From assembly GCA_018062825.1 (NCBI GenBank), contig JAGORL010000001.1:247074-311073 (forward strand): a DNA stretch of 64,000 nucleotides, given 5' to 3'. Source of the stretch: Patescibacteria group bacterium (lineage in GTDB: Bacteria; Patescibacteriota; Patescibacteriia; UBA9934). Positions within the stretch are counted from its first letter, which is position 1; every line of letters starts with the position of its first letter. Position numbers and translations under genes: made by a program. Shown in pieces: positions 9,279 to 20,917 of the stretch. The notes under the pieces are model-generated. The model was not told where the DNA came from. It searched no databases and saw nothing but the letters and a program-made list of their open reading frames with translations.

Positions 9279-10979
9279 GTGTCTAAAGTCTGGTCAATCG
9301 CGCCCCGAGTCTCACAAGACATCGTGGCGCATCTTTTGCAAAGTCGGGGAGTACAAGAAACGGAGGTGTTCCTGCATCCTGACTGGGAGCGCGATACGCA
9401 TGCTCCAGCGGTTTTTACCGCCATGGAACAGGCCGTTGAGCGTGTGCTTTTTGCGTTAAAAAACGGTGAGGCAATCGTCATTCACGGTGACTATGACGCT
9501 GACGGCGTTTCTGGTTCAACGCTTCTATATACCGCGCTTCGTGATATCGCTGAGCGCCTAAAATACCCATTTGCTGTTAACGTCTTTTTGCCAGACCGTG
9601 AGCAGGATGGTTACGGCGTAGCTATACATACGGTCGATCGTTTAGGTGCCGAGGGCGTGAAAGTACTCATCACGGTTGATTGTGGCATTGCAAACGGCCT
9701 TGAGCTGGCTCGTGCTAAGGAGCTTGGCATGGATACTGTTGTTTGTGACCATCACCAGATGGGCGAACATTATCCAAGCGATGCAATCGTGCTGCACCCC
9801 TTAGCTCCCGGTGAGTCGTATCCAAACAAGGTGCTGTGCGGCACTGGTGTCGCTTTCAAGTTTGCCAGCGCTTTATTTATGAAGGCTCGCACGCTTGGCG
9901 CCAACTTTCCTGAGGGCGTTGAAAAGTGGTCACTTGATCTTGTTGCGGTCGCAACCGTGACGGACGTCATGCCGCTACTTGGTGAGAATCGCGCACTCGA
10001 ATATTTCGGTTTAAAAGTGCTTGCTAAAACTCGCCGTCCAGGCTTGCGGGCGATCATGGATATCTCTGGCACCGATCCTGCCACGGTTGATACGCAAGGT
10101 ATCGGCTTTCGCATTGGTCCGCGTTTAAATGCGGCGGGTCGTTTAGCCTCAGCAACGCTCGCCTTTAACGTCCTTGCCGCCACAGACGACACGTCGGCTC
10201 GCCTTGCTGCGCTCAAACTCGAGAAGCTTAATCGTGAACGTCAGGCTGTCTTTCAGACGTCCTATGCGCTCGCAAAAATCCAAGCCGCTGAACTCGCCAA
10301 AACGTCGCAAGTACTCGTGGTCTACGATAAAGATTGGCTTCCGGGTATCGTCGGCCTCATTGCTGGTCGCCTGGTAAATGATTTCAGCTTGCCGGCCTTT
10401 GCTTTTACAAGCGTTGGCGATCATGTGGTCGGTTCTGGTCGCAGTGTTGGTGGTTTGCATTTAGTGCAAGCCATGGATGCCTGTGATCATAATTTGTACG
10501 TGAAGCGCGGTGGTCACCCCCAGGCCTGCGGCTTAACCCTGAAGGGTGAGGAAGAAGTAGGGAAGTTTCGTCATGAAATAAATGCGTACGCTGCCCATTT
10601 CTTTGGGGCAGCGGGTGTAGTAGATAAGCTCAATATTGATGGCGAACTTGCACTTGCCGAGGCTACTCTCGGACTTGCTAAAGAAGTACAAGCGTGCGCG
10701 CCGTTTGGTGAAGGTAATCGTCAACCGGTCTTTGCTACCCTCAGCGCTAAAGTGATCGATGCTGTGCCAATGGGAGCGAGCGGTTCGCATCTACGTTTAC
10801 AGGTGCGCGATAAATCCGGCTCGCAAGCTAAACTTATCGGTTTTGGTTTTGGCGATCTTGGTTCCTCGCTCAAGATCGGCGAAGAGCTTGATGTGGCGTA
10901 TGAACTTGGCGAAAACATCTGGAACGGTCGCACTGAAGTACAATTACGTCTTGTTGATGTTCGCCGTGGCGAAAAGTAA
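9279..10979 (+). CDS. recJ: single-stranded-DNA-specific exonuclease RecJ
   Basis: DHH motifs HGDYDADGVSG and DHHQMGE. GTG start as in the ORF track. Confidence 0.9.
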   Translation: MSKVWSIAPRVSQDIVAHLLQSRGVQETEVFLHPDWERDTHAPAVFTAMEQAVERVLFALKNGEAIVIHGDYDADGVSGSTLLYTALRDIAERLKYPFAVNVFLPDREQDGYGVAIHTVDRLGAEGVKVLITVDCGIANGLELARAKELGMDTVVCDHHQMGEHYPSDAIVLHPLAPGESYPNKVLCGTGVAFKFASALFMKARTLGANFPEGVEKWSLDLVAVATVTDVMPLLGENRALEYFGLKVLAKTRRPGLRAIMDISGTDPATVDTQGIGFRIGPRLNAAGRLASATLAFNVLAATDDTSARLAALKLEKLNRERQAVFQTSYALAKIQAAELAKTSQVLVVYDKDWLPGIVGLIAGRLVNDFSLPAFAFTSVGDHVVGSGRSVGGLHLVQAMDACDHNLYVKRGGHPQACGLTLKGEEEVGKFRHEINAYAAHFFGAAGVVDKLNIDGELALAEATLGLAKEVQACAPFGEGNRQPVFATLSAKVIDAVPMGASGSHLRLQVRDKSGSQAKLIGFGFGDLGSSLKIGEELDVAYELGENIWNGRTEVQLRLVDVRRGEK

Positions 10980-10985
10980 AATCAT

Positions 10986-11411
10986 ATGCAGATAGAATTT
11001 CGACGTTTACGAGAGGATGTTCCAGTGCCTGAGTATAAGACCGCCGGCGCGGTTGCCTTTGATCTCGCCGTTATCGAAGGCGCAACTCTCGCTTCCGGCG
11101 AGCGCATGCTCTTACCAACAGGGCTTGTCGTTCGTGTTCCAGAAGGTCATGCTCTTATCCTGGCGTCTCGCTCAAGTAATGCCAAGAAAGGCATTCGGTT
11201 AGCAAATAGCGTTGGCGTTATCGATCAAGACTATTCAGGACCAGAAGATGAATTGCGTATTGCCGTGCATAACTTCGGCAGCGAACCATATACGATCGAG
11301 AAATACGATCGTATCGCGCAAGGGCTCATCGTTCCAATTGCTCGTGCTACATTTGTGGAGCCACAAGACTGGGACGGATCTAATCGGGGAGGCTTTGGAA
11401 CAACTGGTTAA
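10986..11411 (+). CDS. dut: dUTP diphosphatase
   Basis: Dut motifs AGAVAFDL, RSS and GVIDQDYSG, plus C-terminal RGGFGTTG. Confidence 0.9.
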   Translation: MQIEFRRLREDVPVPEYKTAGAVAFDLAVIEGATLASGERMLLPTGLVVRVPEGHALILASRSSNAKKGIRLANSVGVIDQDYSGPEDELRIAVHNFGSEPYTIEKYDRIAQGLIVPIARATFVEPQDWDGSNRGGFGTTG

Positions 11412-11414
11412 TCT

Positions 11415-11837
11415 ATGAAAAAAGAGGTCTTCATGTTTTCAGATGGGGGAGCGCGCGGTAATCCAGGCAAGGCCGCCGGCGCCGCTGTTTTATATGAGAA
11501 AGATGCTAAGGGTGCGCTAACTCTTGTGGGGGAGGCGTCGCAGTATTTTGATCACGCCACCAATAACGTTGCCGAATATACTGGCATTGTCGTCGGTTTA
11601 GAAAAAGCGCACGAGCTTGGGTATACAGACGTGGTCGCTAAGATGGATTCGGAACTCGCGGTAAAGCAATTAAATGGGGAATACCGAGTTAAAAACCCAG
11701 AACTCGCGAAACTCTTCCTCAAAATCCATAATCTTAAAACGCATTTTCGCTCTGTTTCCTTTACGCACATTCGCCGAGCCGAGAATGCTGCCGCTGACGC
11801 ACTCGTAAACAGAGTAATTGATGCGCACGTGCTATAA
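11415..11837 (+). CDS. RNase HI-family protein (RNase H-like)
   Basis: FSDGGARGNPG, TNNVAEYTG and a C-terminal ..AD.L motif are typical of the RNase HI fold. Confidence 0.7.
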   Translation: MKKEVFMFSDGGARGNPGKAAGAAVLYEKDAKGALTLVGEASQYFDHATNNVAEYTGIVVGLEKAHELGYTDVVAKMDSELAVKQLNGEYRVKNPELAKLFLKIHNLKTHFRSVSFTHIRRAENAAADALVNRVIDAHVL

Positions 11838-11848
11838 TTAAGCCATCT

Positions 11849-12982
11849 ATGGGTCTCTTTGGTGGTAACAAAAACGCAGAGGAGCAGTTTGTTGGCGTGG
11901 TTGGCGTTGATATTGGTACCTCCGGTATCAAAATGGTCGAATTAACCCCGGAAAAGGGTCGACCAAAGCTCTCAACCTACGGCTATTCGGATGAAAAGAC
12001 TCCGTCGCCGGTTGCGCCGCAGTATATTGATAATCCGGAAGCTGCTGCCGAGGTTCTTCGCTCTGTTTACAAAGAGGGACGTTTTCGTGCTACTAAAGCC
12101 GTTGCAGCCTTGCCGGGCTCTGAGGTATCACACGCCATTATTACGCTCCCAGTCCCTCGCTCCGCTAAGGAAGATCTGAAGCCGCTCATTGAGGCGCAGG
12201 CTCGTAAATTCTTGCCACTTCCACTGGAGGAGATGATCTTAGATTCTCAGATTCTAGATAAGAATCTATTGCCAAAAGATGAAAAGTCCGTTGCTGCTCA
12301 GGCTGATCTTGAAATGGCTTCCGGTAATCGCAAGTTTATTCGTGTTCTTGTGACTGGCGCCCCAAAAACCCTCGTCACTAAGTATGTTGCAGCTTTTAAG
12401 GCAGCCAAGCTTGAACTCACCTCGTTAGAGACTGAAGTTTTTGCGGTCACTCGTTCGCTTGTTGGTAAAGATAAGTCGCGCATCATGATTGTTGATATTG
12501 GCGCGCATCGTACAAATATCACTATCGTTGACCAAGGGGTTCCTTACTTGTCACGCGGTATCCGCTCCGGCGGCGCGGCTATTACTCAGGCGCTGGCAAG
12601 CGGCATGAATACCGCCTTTGATGAAGCTGAAAGCATGAAGCGTGATCTAGGCTTCCGCCAAGATGCCGGCTTACCGAAGCCGCTTGAAGAGGCCTTGAAA
12701 CCGATCGTTCATGAGATGAAGTACGCTATTCAGCTCTATGCTGATCAGGAATTCCATGAGAACAAATCAGTAGAAAAGGTTATTCTCACCGGTGGTTCGG
12801 CGCTTCTCCCGGGACTAGTTGATCACTTTGTACGTGAACTCGGATTGAACGTGTACATCGGTGACCCCTGGGCACGTATCGCGTCACCAATGGAGGCGCG
12901 TGGTGTACTTGAAGAGGTAGGAACGCGTATGGCAGTGGCGGCTGGCTTAGCCTTGAGAGCCTTTGATACCGACAAAACGTAA
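11849..12982 (+). CDS. pilM: type IV pilus assembly ATPase-like protein PilM
   Basis: Actin-like fold motifs VGVDIGTSGIKMV and a later DIGA...T; size about 375 aa. Confidence 0.8.
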   Translation: MGLFGGNKNAEEQFVGVVGVDIGTSGIKMVELTPEKGRPKLSTYGYSDEKTPSPVAPQYIDNPEAAAEVLRSVYKEGRFRATKAVAALPGSEVSHAIITLPVPRSAKEDLKPLIEAQARKFLPLPLEEMILDSQILDKNLLPKDEKSVAAQADLEMASGNRKFIRVLVTGAPKTLVTKYVAAFKAAKLELTSLETEVFAVTRSLVGKDKSRIMIVDIGAHRTNITIVDQGVPYLSRGIRSGGAAITQALASGMNTAFDEAESMKRDLGFRQDAGLPKPLEEALKPIVHEMKYAIQLYADQEFHENKSVEKVILTGGSALLPGLVDHFVRELGLNVYIGDPWARIASPMEARGVLEEVGTRMAVAAGLALRAFDTDKT

Positions 12983-12984
12983 CT

Positions 12985-13371
12985 ATGCCTCCGGGAAAAC
13001 CGGGAATCTTTTTAGCGATGTGTGACCGCCGGTTGCGCGACATTCTCGCGGAACGGTTTTCGCTTGAAGGTTGGCGTAGTCAGGCGGGGGATAGCTTTCT
13101 TGATATCGAGCGCAAAGCAGCCCGCTTTCGCCCAACAGTGATCGTGATCGATTCGCAATGCGTTTCCAGTATTACCGATACCATTAAACGCGCTCGTTCA
13201 CTTCCAACGCTTTTAAAAACCCACATCCTGATTTACGCTCCTCATATGGAGCGCGAACAGATCGATGCCGTGCTGACCGCGGGAGCACAAAGTGTGCTGC
13301 TTGCTACGCATATCACCGCCAAGGATGTAATTAACGCTGCCAAAGACCTGTTAAAGCCGGGTCGGGTATAA
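12985..13371 (+). CDS. degenerate CheY-like receiver (REC) domain protein
   Basis: PTVIVIDSQC occupies the phospho-acceptor Asp position, but the conserved T/S and K are not obvious. It sits inside the pilus block where PilN/PilO would be expected. Confidence 0.4.
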   Translation: MPPGKPGIFLAMCDRRLRDILAERFSLEGWRSQAGDSFLDIERKAARFRPTVIVIDSQCVSSITDTIKRARSLPTLLKTHILIYAPHMEREQIDAVLTAGAQSVLLATHITAKDVINAAKDLLKPGRV

Positions 13372-13380
13372 TAGCCGCAT

Positions 13381-13866
13381 ATGCAAAGGATGGAAGTATT
13401 GATCGTCGGGTTACTCATTGGTGCCATCGGGCTTGTCTCTGGGCTTTCAGTCATGGGAGCTCGTGCTCGCTTGCGAGACGTCACGCGCCTGGCGCATGTG
13501 CGTGAATTACAGATGGGTCTAGAGTTTTCGTTTGCTAACCGCGGTACCTATCCAGTTGTTACTACACCAATTGCGCTTGGTGAGGCGCGCACTATTTGTT
13601 TAAGTGCAAACGGGTTTAACCCGCCATGCGGAGAGAACGAGGTACCATACATTGAGTTCGTGCCAGCGCCACCAAGCGCGGGCTTGTCTGGCAAGGCTGC
13701 ATGTGACGGCGTGCGCAATGGCTATTGTTACGCCTCAGATGGGGAGTCATTCCGCATCACTTTTGAACTTGAAAAAGCCAACCGTCAGCTTGGTCTGCCA
13801 AAGGGTGCCAACTGTGCTACGGAAAATGGCATAACCCCTGGCGTTTGTCAGGCTTTTGCGCAGTAG
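13381..13866 (+). CDS. type IV pilin-like protein with an atypical N-terminus
   Basis: Begins MQRMEVLIVGLLIGAIGLVSGL, a hydrophobic alpha1-N-like segment with Glu at position 5 but no G|F cleavage motif. C-terminal Cys pair CATENGITPGVC. Confidence 0.5.
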   Translation: MQRMEVLIVGLLIGAIGLVSGLSVMGARARLRDVTRLAHVRELQMGLEFSFANRGTYPVVTTPIALGEARTICLSANGFNPPCGENEVPYIEFVPAPPSAGLSGKAACDGVRNGYCYASDGESFRITFELEKANRQLGLPKGANCATENGITPGVCQAFAQ

Positions 13867-13867
13867 T

Positions 13868-14662
13868 ATGTTGCCAATCATCGCTATCCCACTAGCAGCG
13901 GTTCTCGGTCTTTTTGCTGGCGGCTTTGCGAACGCCGGCATCATGCGCACCAAGGAGACCTTGTCCTTTACTGCCAACCGTAAGTGCTCAATGTGTGCAC
14001 ACCCAATGCACGGTCACGACACGCTACCAATCGTAGGCTATCTTGGGTTACGTGGTCGTTGCCGGAAGTGTAAGGCCGTTATTCCATGGCAGTACCTCAT
14101 GACTGAAGTGGCCATGGCGGGTCTCTTTGCGCTTTTTGCCTGGCGGGCTTTTACACTGTTCGGCGCTCCAATTGAAGTTGAGGCTTCAGAGGCAATTCTA
14201 CTGTTCGCTCGTGACGCTGGAGTAAGTTTCTTCCTCGTGCTCATTTTCATGTTTGATTGGCGTGCGAGCGTGATTCCTGATCGCCTCAGCATTCCCGCCA
14301 TGTTTATAGCATTACTTGCTAACATCTTGCTTGGCATGCCAGCCACCGATGTTCTACTTGGCGGCTTACTTATCGGTTCTTTCTTTGCAATGCAGTTTTT
14401 CCTCACACGTGGTCAGTGGGTTGGTGGTGGAGATATTCGCATGGGATTACTCATGGGCTTCTTACTTGGTCCGTGGGTCGGTATTGCTGCGTTACTCTTG
14501 TCCTACATTTTTGGAGCATTGGTCGGTATCTTCCTGATCGCCACTGGTCGGCGTCAGCTTTCAAGTCATGTGCCATTTGGCACGTTTATGGCGGTTGCTA
14601 TACTCATCTGTATGCTTGCCGGCGCGCCAATTGTCGACCTCTACATCAAAGCCTTAACGTAG
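13868..14662 (+). CDS. pilD: prepilin peptidase (A24 family)
   Basis: CSMC...CRKC zinc site and multi-TM topology. ORF track TTG at 13856 overlaps the pilin gene; ATG at 13868 chosen. Confidence 0.85.
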   Translation: MLPIIAIPLAAVLGLFAGGFANAGIMRTKETLSFTANRKCSMCAHPMHGHDTLPIVGYLGLRGRCRKCKAVIPWQYLMTEVAMAGLFALFAWRAFTLFGAPIEVEASEAILLFARDAGVSFFLVLIFMFDWRASVIPDRLSIPAMFIALLANILLGMPATDVLLGGLLIGSFFAMQFFLTRGQWVGGGDIRMGLLMGFLLGPWVGIAALLLSYIFGALVGIFLIATGRRQLSSHVPFGTFMAVAILICMLAGAPIVDLYIKALT

Positions 14663-14663
14663 T

Positions 14664-15314
14664 ATGGAACGATCGCTTGATAATGAGCGAGGAGCACCTC
14701 TTGTTGAAGATCAAGAGGTGCTTTTAGAAATGCCAGAGGCGCCTGAGGAAATGGTTGCTCGCGTTGATGTCATGAATGAAGCTGAAGCTAATGACTTTCA
14801 CGAAGCATTCGCCGAAGAGCTACAGATGGGGGATGACGGGATTGAGGAGTACGAAGGGGAGCTTGAAGAGATAGACAGCGAAGTCGCTGAGCGTTTCTGG
14901 GCTGAGGGTGAGCGCATGACCAAAGAGCAGCTCATGCGACGATTGTCGTTAGCAGAACGAGCCGCTGAGTCATCGCAAAGAGTCTTAGCAACCCTGGATC
15001 TTGATTCCCGGGAAAAAGCCGTTGAGGCAGCCCTTGGCCTTGTGCCGATGCTCAATTTCTTACAAGGCGTAGCTGGGCGTCGCATTAAGGTTGATGGTGG
15101 CGTACGTCTTGAGCCAATGAAGCCAGGTGAGCGTATGGTGGCAATGGTGTCTGACCTGATGCCTGTGCCAGGAACAGGATTTGTTCTGGAGCGTGCCTAT
15201 CAACAGGCGGTAAAACGTGGTTTAGATGAGCGCATGCATGAAGCAGCTAATGATATAGGTTTGAAAGTCGCGATGCAGCCAACGGTGCAGTCGTTACTTC
15301 GCGCCTTTGCTTAA
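14664..15314 (+). CDS. acidic hypothetical protein
   Basis: ORF immediately after the pilD stop; Glu/Asp-rich N-terminal half. Confidence 0.5.
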   Translation: MERSLDNERGAPLVEDQEVLLEMPEAPEEMVARVDVMNEAEANDFHEAFAEELQMGDDGIEEYEGELEEIDSEVAERFWAEGERMTKEQLMRRLSLAERAAESSQRVLATLDLDSREKAVEAALGLVPMLNFLQGVAGRRIKVDGGVRLEPMKPGERMVAMVSDLMPVPGTGFVLERAYQQAVKRGLDERMHEAANDIGLKVAMQPTVQSLLRAFA

Positions 15315-15315
15315 T

Positions 15316-15558
15316 ATGACAACTCCTAAAGAATTAGCGCACCTTTTGGCGCACAGTAAAATGGCAACTGCTGAAAAAGAGTATTGGGCCGAACTTGTGC
15401 CGCTCTTACCAAAAAAGATGCGTGAAGAATTTGCCGGTTTCTTAACGGCCGAAGAGGCAGAACGCAGGCGTTTCGCCGCCCGCCTCAAATCAGAAGTCGC
15501 CAAAAGTCGTGATCAGAAAAAGATTGAGGAATTGCGTCAAAAATTGAGGGAAGAATAG
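15316..15558 (+). CDS. small hypothetical protein (about 80 aa, helical and charged)
   Basis: ATG at 15316 follows the upstream stop. ORF track TTG at 15307. Confidence 0.4.
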   Translation: MTTPKELAHLLAHSKMATAEKEYWAELVPLLPKKMREEFAGFLTAEEAERRRFAARLKSEVAKSRDQKKIEELRQKLREE

Positions 15559-15576
15559 TAGCTAATATTAGCCAAT

Positions 15577-15610
15577 AAAATAGCCTTTTGCGTTGACAAA
15601 AGGCTATTTT
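15577..15610 (+). terminator. perfect 13-bp inverted repeat AAAATAGCCTTTT/AAAAGGCTATTTT (terminator-like)
   Basis: 8-nt loop followed by a T-rich tract; overlaps the -35 of the promoter downstream. Confidence 0.55.
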
Positions 15611-15621
15611 TGTAATATTAT
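15593..15621 (+). promoter_or_regulatory. near-consensus sigma70 promoter TTGACA-17-TATTAT
   Basis: Read directly from the sequence; drives the GC-rich small gene starting at 15674. Confidence 0.6.
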
Positions 15622-15673
15622 CTAAAGTTAGGATGTAGGTATAAGTCGTTCCTTTTACCGCCTGGAGGCACTT

Positions 15674-16006
15674 GTGAAGAAGTTCATCTCCGCCCTCGTC
15701 GCCCTCGCCCTGGTCGCGTCCGCCGCCGTCTTCTTCGTGAAGATGAACGAGGACAAGTCCGAGGACGCCGTCATCGTTGTGGCCGACTCGTTGTGCAACG
15801 ATGAAGACTGGCAGACGTGGGTTTATGCCAAGACCTTCGTCACTCCGGAGATCGCGCTGAGCGAGCGCGATGGACAGATCTACGCTCCAGCGATCGAGCT
15901 GATCGAGCTCGATGGCCAGGTCTACCAGATCAACGCCAGCGCCCAGGGGCCGTTTGTCTGTGGGAAGGTGGACGAGAATCTCGTCTGCCATGCGGTGGGC
16001 GAGTGA
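15674..16006 (+). CDS. small secreted protein (signal peptide MKKFISALVALALVASAAVFF), GC-rich islet
   Basis: GTG start with GGAGG 5 nt upstream. About 65% GC with strong GC3 bias, unlike the flanking sequence. Confidence 0.55.
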   Translation: MKKFISALVALALVASAAVFFVKMNEDKSEDAVIVVADSLCNDEDWQTWVYAKTFVTPEIALSERDGQIYAPAIELIELDGQVYQINASAQGPFVCGKVDENLVCHAVGE

Positions 16007-16038
16007 CTACGTGAGCGCTTCGTTTCGCCTTCGGGTGA

Positions 16039-18189
<2,151 letters not shown>

Positions 18190-18211
18190 CTGACCTTGAT
18201 CAAGAGTCTTC

Positions 18212-18286
18212 CCCGAACGTAAGTGAGGGGTCTTGGTCCTGCACTTTGGCCTGACGCGAAAGCTAGATCCCTCACTTACGTTCGGG
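18212..18286 (+). other. long hairpin with a perfect 18-bp stem (CCCGAACGTAAGTGAGGG / CCCTCACTTACGTTCGGG) and a 39-nt loop, followed by a CT-rich leader to gatC
   Basis: Inverted repeat read directly from the sequence in the ligA-gatC intergenic region. No T-tract follows on the + strand. Confidence 0.5.
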
Positions 18287-18358
18287 AAGGGCTTCTGCGG
18301 CTACCTCTCACCTCCAACCTTTCACTTTCCTTAACTTTCCGCTACTCTTTACCCCAGT

Positions 18359-18640
18359 ATGGATTTCTCACTAGACCACGTAGCAAAGTTAGCAAAATTA
18401 CAGCTAACATCAGAGGAAAAAGAGCTCTTTGCTCGCCAATTTCCTGCAATCTTAGAGTACGTTGATCGCCTGCGTACGGTTGATACGGCGCACATTGATG
18501 CCCGTGCTTATCTCACTGATGCCGTAAACGTTTGGCGTGAAGATGCTCCAGCCGCTCAGGTTGATGAGCGCAATGCTGTGATTGATTCCTTCCCAAAGAA
18601 GGCTGGTGACGCTTTGGAAGTTCCTGGAATTTTCTCCTAA
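18359..18640 (+). CDS. gatC: Asp-tRNA(Asn)/Glu-tRNA(Gln) amidotransferase subunit C
   Basis: 93 aa. VAKLAKLQLTSEE..L followed by DR/VDT motifs is typical of GatC. Confidence 0.85.
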   Translation: MDFSLDHVAKLAKLQLTSEEKELFARQFPAILEYVDRLRTVDTAHIDARAYLTDAVNVWREDAPAAQVDERNAVIDSFPKKAGDALEVPGIFS

Positions 18641-18644
18641 ACGT

Positions 18645-20096
18645 ATGAGTAACTGGCTATCCGCGACTGAGATTCGCGCTGGTATTGAGAGTGGGCTATT
18701 CACTGCCGAATCAATCGTTCAAAAAACGCTTGATGATATTGCGGCCCGCGATGGTGACATCGGCGCCTTCCTGCAGGTATTTACCGACCGTGCGCTCAAG
18801 CAAGCGCGCGCGATCGACGCTCTTAAGAAAGAAGGCAAAGAGCTACCTCGTCTTGCCGGTGTCCCTGTTGCTATCAAGGACAACATGCTCTTGGCGCACG
18901 AAACAGCTAGTGCCGGCTCCAAGATGTTGAAAGACTATAAGGCAACCTACACCGGAACAGCTGTTGCTCGTTTGGAAGCCGCTGGAGCAATCATCATCGG
19001 TCGCACAAACATGGATGAATTTGCGATGGGTTCCTCTACCGAAACGTCTGCCTACCGCATTACGCATAACCCATGGGATCTTACTCGTGTTCCTGGTGGT
19101 TCGTCGGGTGGTTCAGCGGCGGCTGTTGCTGCTGGCTTTGTGCCGGTATCGCTTGGTTCTGATACGGGTGGTTCTATCCGTCAGCCAGCAGCGCTTTGTG
19201 GCATCGTTGGCTTGAAGCCAACCTACGGTCGCGTTTCGCGCTACGGTTTGATCGCCATGTCTTCGAGCTTAGATCAGATTGGTCCATTTGCTCGCACCGT
19301 TGAAGATGCTGCACTCATTTTGAGTGTCATGGAGGGTAGGGATGAAAAAGATGCCACCTCGCTTGAGGTAGCAGAGTCAGCTGCTCCAGAGGTGCTATCA
19401 CCAAGTTTCGAAGGACTCCGCATCGGTGTTCCGTCACAGTATTTTATTGACGGGATGGATGAAGAGGTTCGCAAGGCTGTTGAAGAGGCGATCACAGTTT
19501 TCAAAGATCATGGCGCTATCGTAAAAGAGATTTCGCTCCCACTCACTGATGCCGCGCTTCCGGCGTACTACATTTTGCAGCCAGCAGAAGTCAGTAGCAA
19601 CATGGGGCGTTATGATGGTATGCGTTACGGCACGCGCGCGCCCGGCACGCTTGATGAATCGTATCTTGCAGCGCGCGGTGAAGGCTTTGGCCCTGAGGTC
19701 AAGCGCCGTATCATGCTTGGTACGTACATCTTGTCCGCGGGTTACTACGATGCGTACTATAAGAAAGCGTTAGCTGTTCGTCAGGCGCTTCGTATGGAGT
19801 TTGATGCCGCCTTTAAAGATGTCGATCTCATCCTTGGTCCAACTTCACCGGCAGTTGCCTGGAAGCTTGGAGAGCGTTTCAATGATCCGATCGCCATGTA
19901 CCTAGCAGATATTTTTACTACTGCCGCTAACATTGCTGGTATCCCAGGTATCTCAATTCCATGTGGATTTGCACACGGCCTACCGGTAGGTCTCCAGTTG
20001 CAGGCACCATTCATGCATGATGTGCATTTGCTGCGTGCCGCTACTGCATATCAAAAAGTAACTGATTGGCACTTGAAAACCGCTGCAGAAGTATGA
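18645..20096 (+). CDS. gatA: Glu-tRNA(Gln) amidotransferase subunit A
   Basis: Amidase signature [31 protein letters not shown] at 18645 follows the gatC stop. Confidence 0.95.
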   Translation: MSNWLSATEIRAGIESGLFTAESIVQKTLDDIAARDGDIGAFLQVFTDRALKQARAIDALKKEGKELPRLAGVPVAIKDNMLLAHETASAGSKMLKDYKATYTGTAVARLEAAGAIIIGRTNMDEFAMGSSTETSAYRITHNPWDLTRVPGGSSGGSAAAVAAGFVPVSLGSDTGGSIRQPAALCGIVGLKPTYGRVSRYGLIAMSSSLDQIGPFARTVEDAALILSVMEGRDEKDATSLEVAESAAPEVLSPSFEGLRIGVPSQYFIDGMDEEVRKAVEEAITVFKDHGAIVKEISLPLTDAALPAYYILQPAEVSSNMGRYDGMRYGTRAPGTLDESYLAARGEGFGPEVKRRIMLGTYILSAGYYDAYYKKALAVRQALRMEFDAAFKDVDLILGPTSPAVAWKLGERFNDPIAMYLADIFTTAANIAGIPGISIPCGFAHGLPVGLQLQAPFMHDVHLLRAATAYQKVTDWHLKTAAEV

Positions 20097-20908
20097 TCCC
20101 GTACATATCGTGGCACACGATAGCAATCGGCCCTCTCACCGTGCAGGTGTGGGGGCTTTTTGTTGCTGCAGGTTTTGCGCTCGGCACGCTTGTGGCTGCT
20201 CATGAGGCGCGTAAACGAGGGTTGAAGCCAGGGATTGTGCTTGATATTGCGCCGCTTCTGTTATTGGCCGCCATGATCGGTGGTCGTCTCTTTCACGTCT
20301 TTATCTACGACCCAAGTTACTACTTCGCAAACCCTTTAGAAATTCCGATGATCTGGAAAGGGGGAGCATCTATTTTTGGTGGTTTTCTCGGTGCACTCGT
20401 AGCTGCTTTGTGGTACATGCGAAAAAAACAGGTTGATGTTTGGAAGTACGCAGATGTGCTCGTATTCGGCTTGCCATTTGGTAAAGCGATCGGTCGCCTC
20501 GGTTGCTTCTTTATCCATGATCACCCCGGAACAGCCACCGACTTCATAATTGGCGTGAAATATCCTGATGGGGAAGTGCGTCACGACCACGGCCTCTATT
20601 TAGCGATCAACGGCGCGCTCATGGCGATCGTCTTTATGGTGATGGCACGCAAGCCGCGCGCTGACGGTTTTTACATCGGTCTTTTTTGCGCTTGGTACGG
20701 CGTCGTACGTTTCTTTCTCGACTTTTATCGGGTTGCCGATGCTCGGTATCTTGGTTTAACTCCAGCGCAATACCTCTGCATTGTCATGACTATATTTGGT
20801 ATAGCGGTTCTTGTGTGGATAACAAAAAGACAGAAAAAGCCCGTATCGGTAAACTCGGAGGCGTCGGTAGCCCCGGAATTACCGGAGTCTACCTCAAAAG
20901 TTTCCTAA
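20093..20908 (+). CDS. lgt: prolipoprotein diacylglyceryl transferase
   Basis: Lgt motifs GGRLFHV and GLPFGKAIGRLGCFFIHDHPG. ATGA overlap with the gatA stop. Confidence 0.9.
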   Translation: MIPYISWHTIAIGPLTVQVWGLFVAAGFALGTLVAAHEARKRGLKPGIVLDIAPLLLLAAMIGGRLFHVFIYDPSYYFANPLEIPMIWKGGASIFGGFLGALVAALWYMRKKQVDVWKYADVLVFGLPFGKAIGRLGCFFIHDHPGTATDFIIGVKYPDGEVRHDHGLYLAINGALMAIVFMVMARKPRADGFYIGLFCAWYGVVRFFLDFYRVADARYLGLTPAQYLCIVMTIFGIAVLVWITKRQKKPVSVNSEASVAPELPESTSKVS

Positions 20909-20917
20909 TATTTTCGT

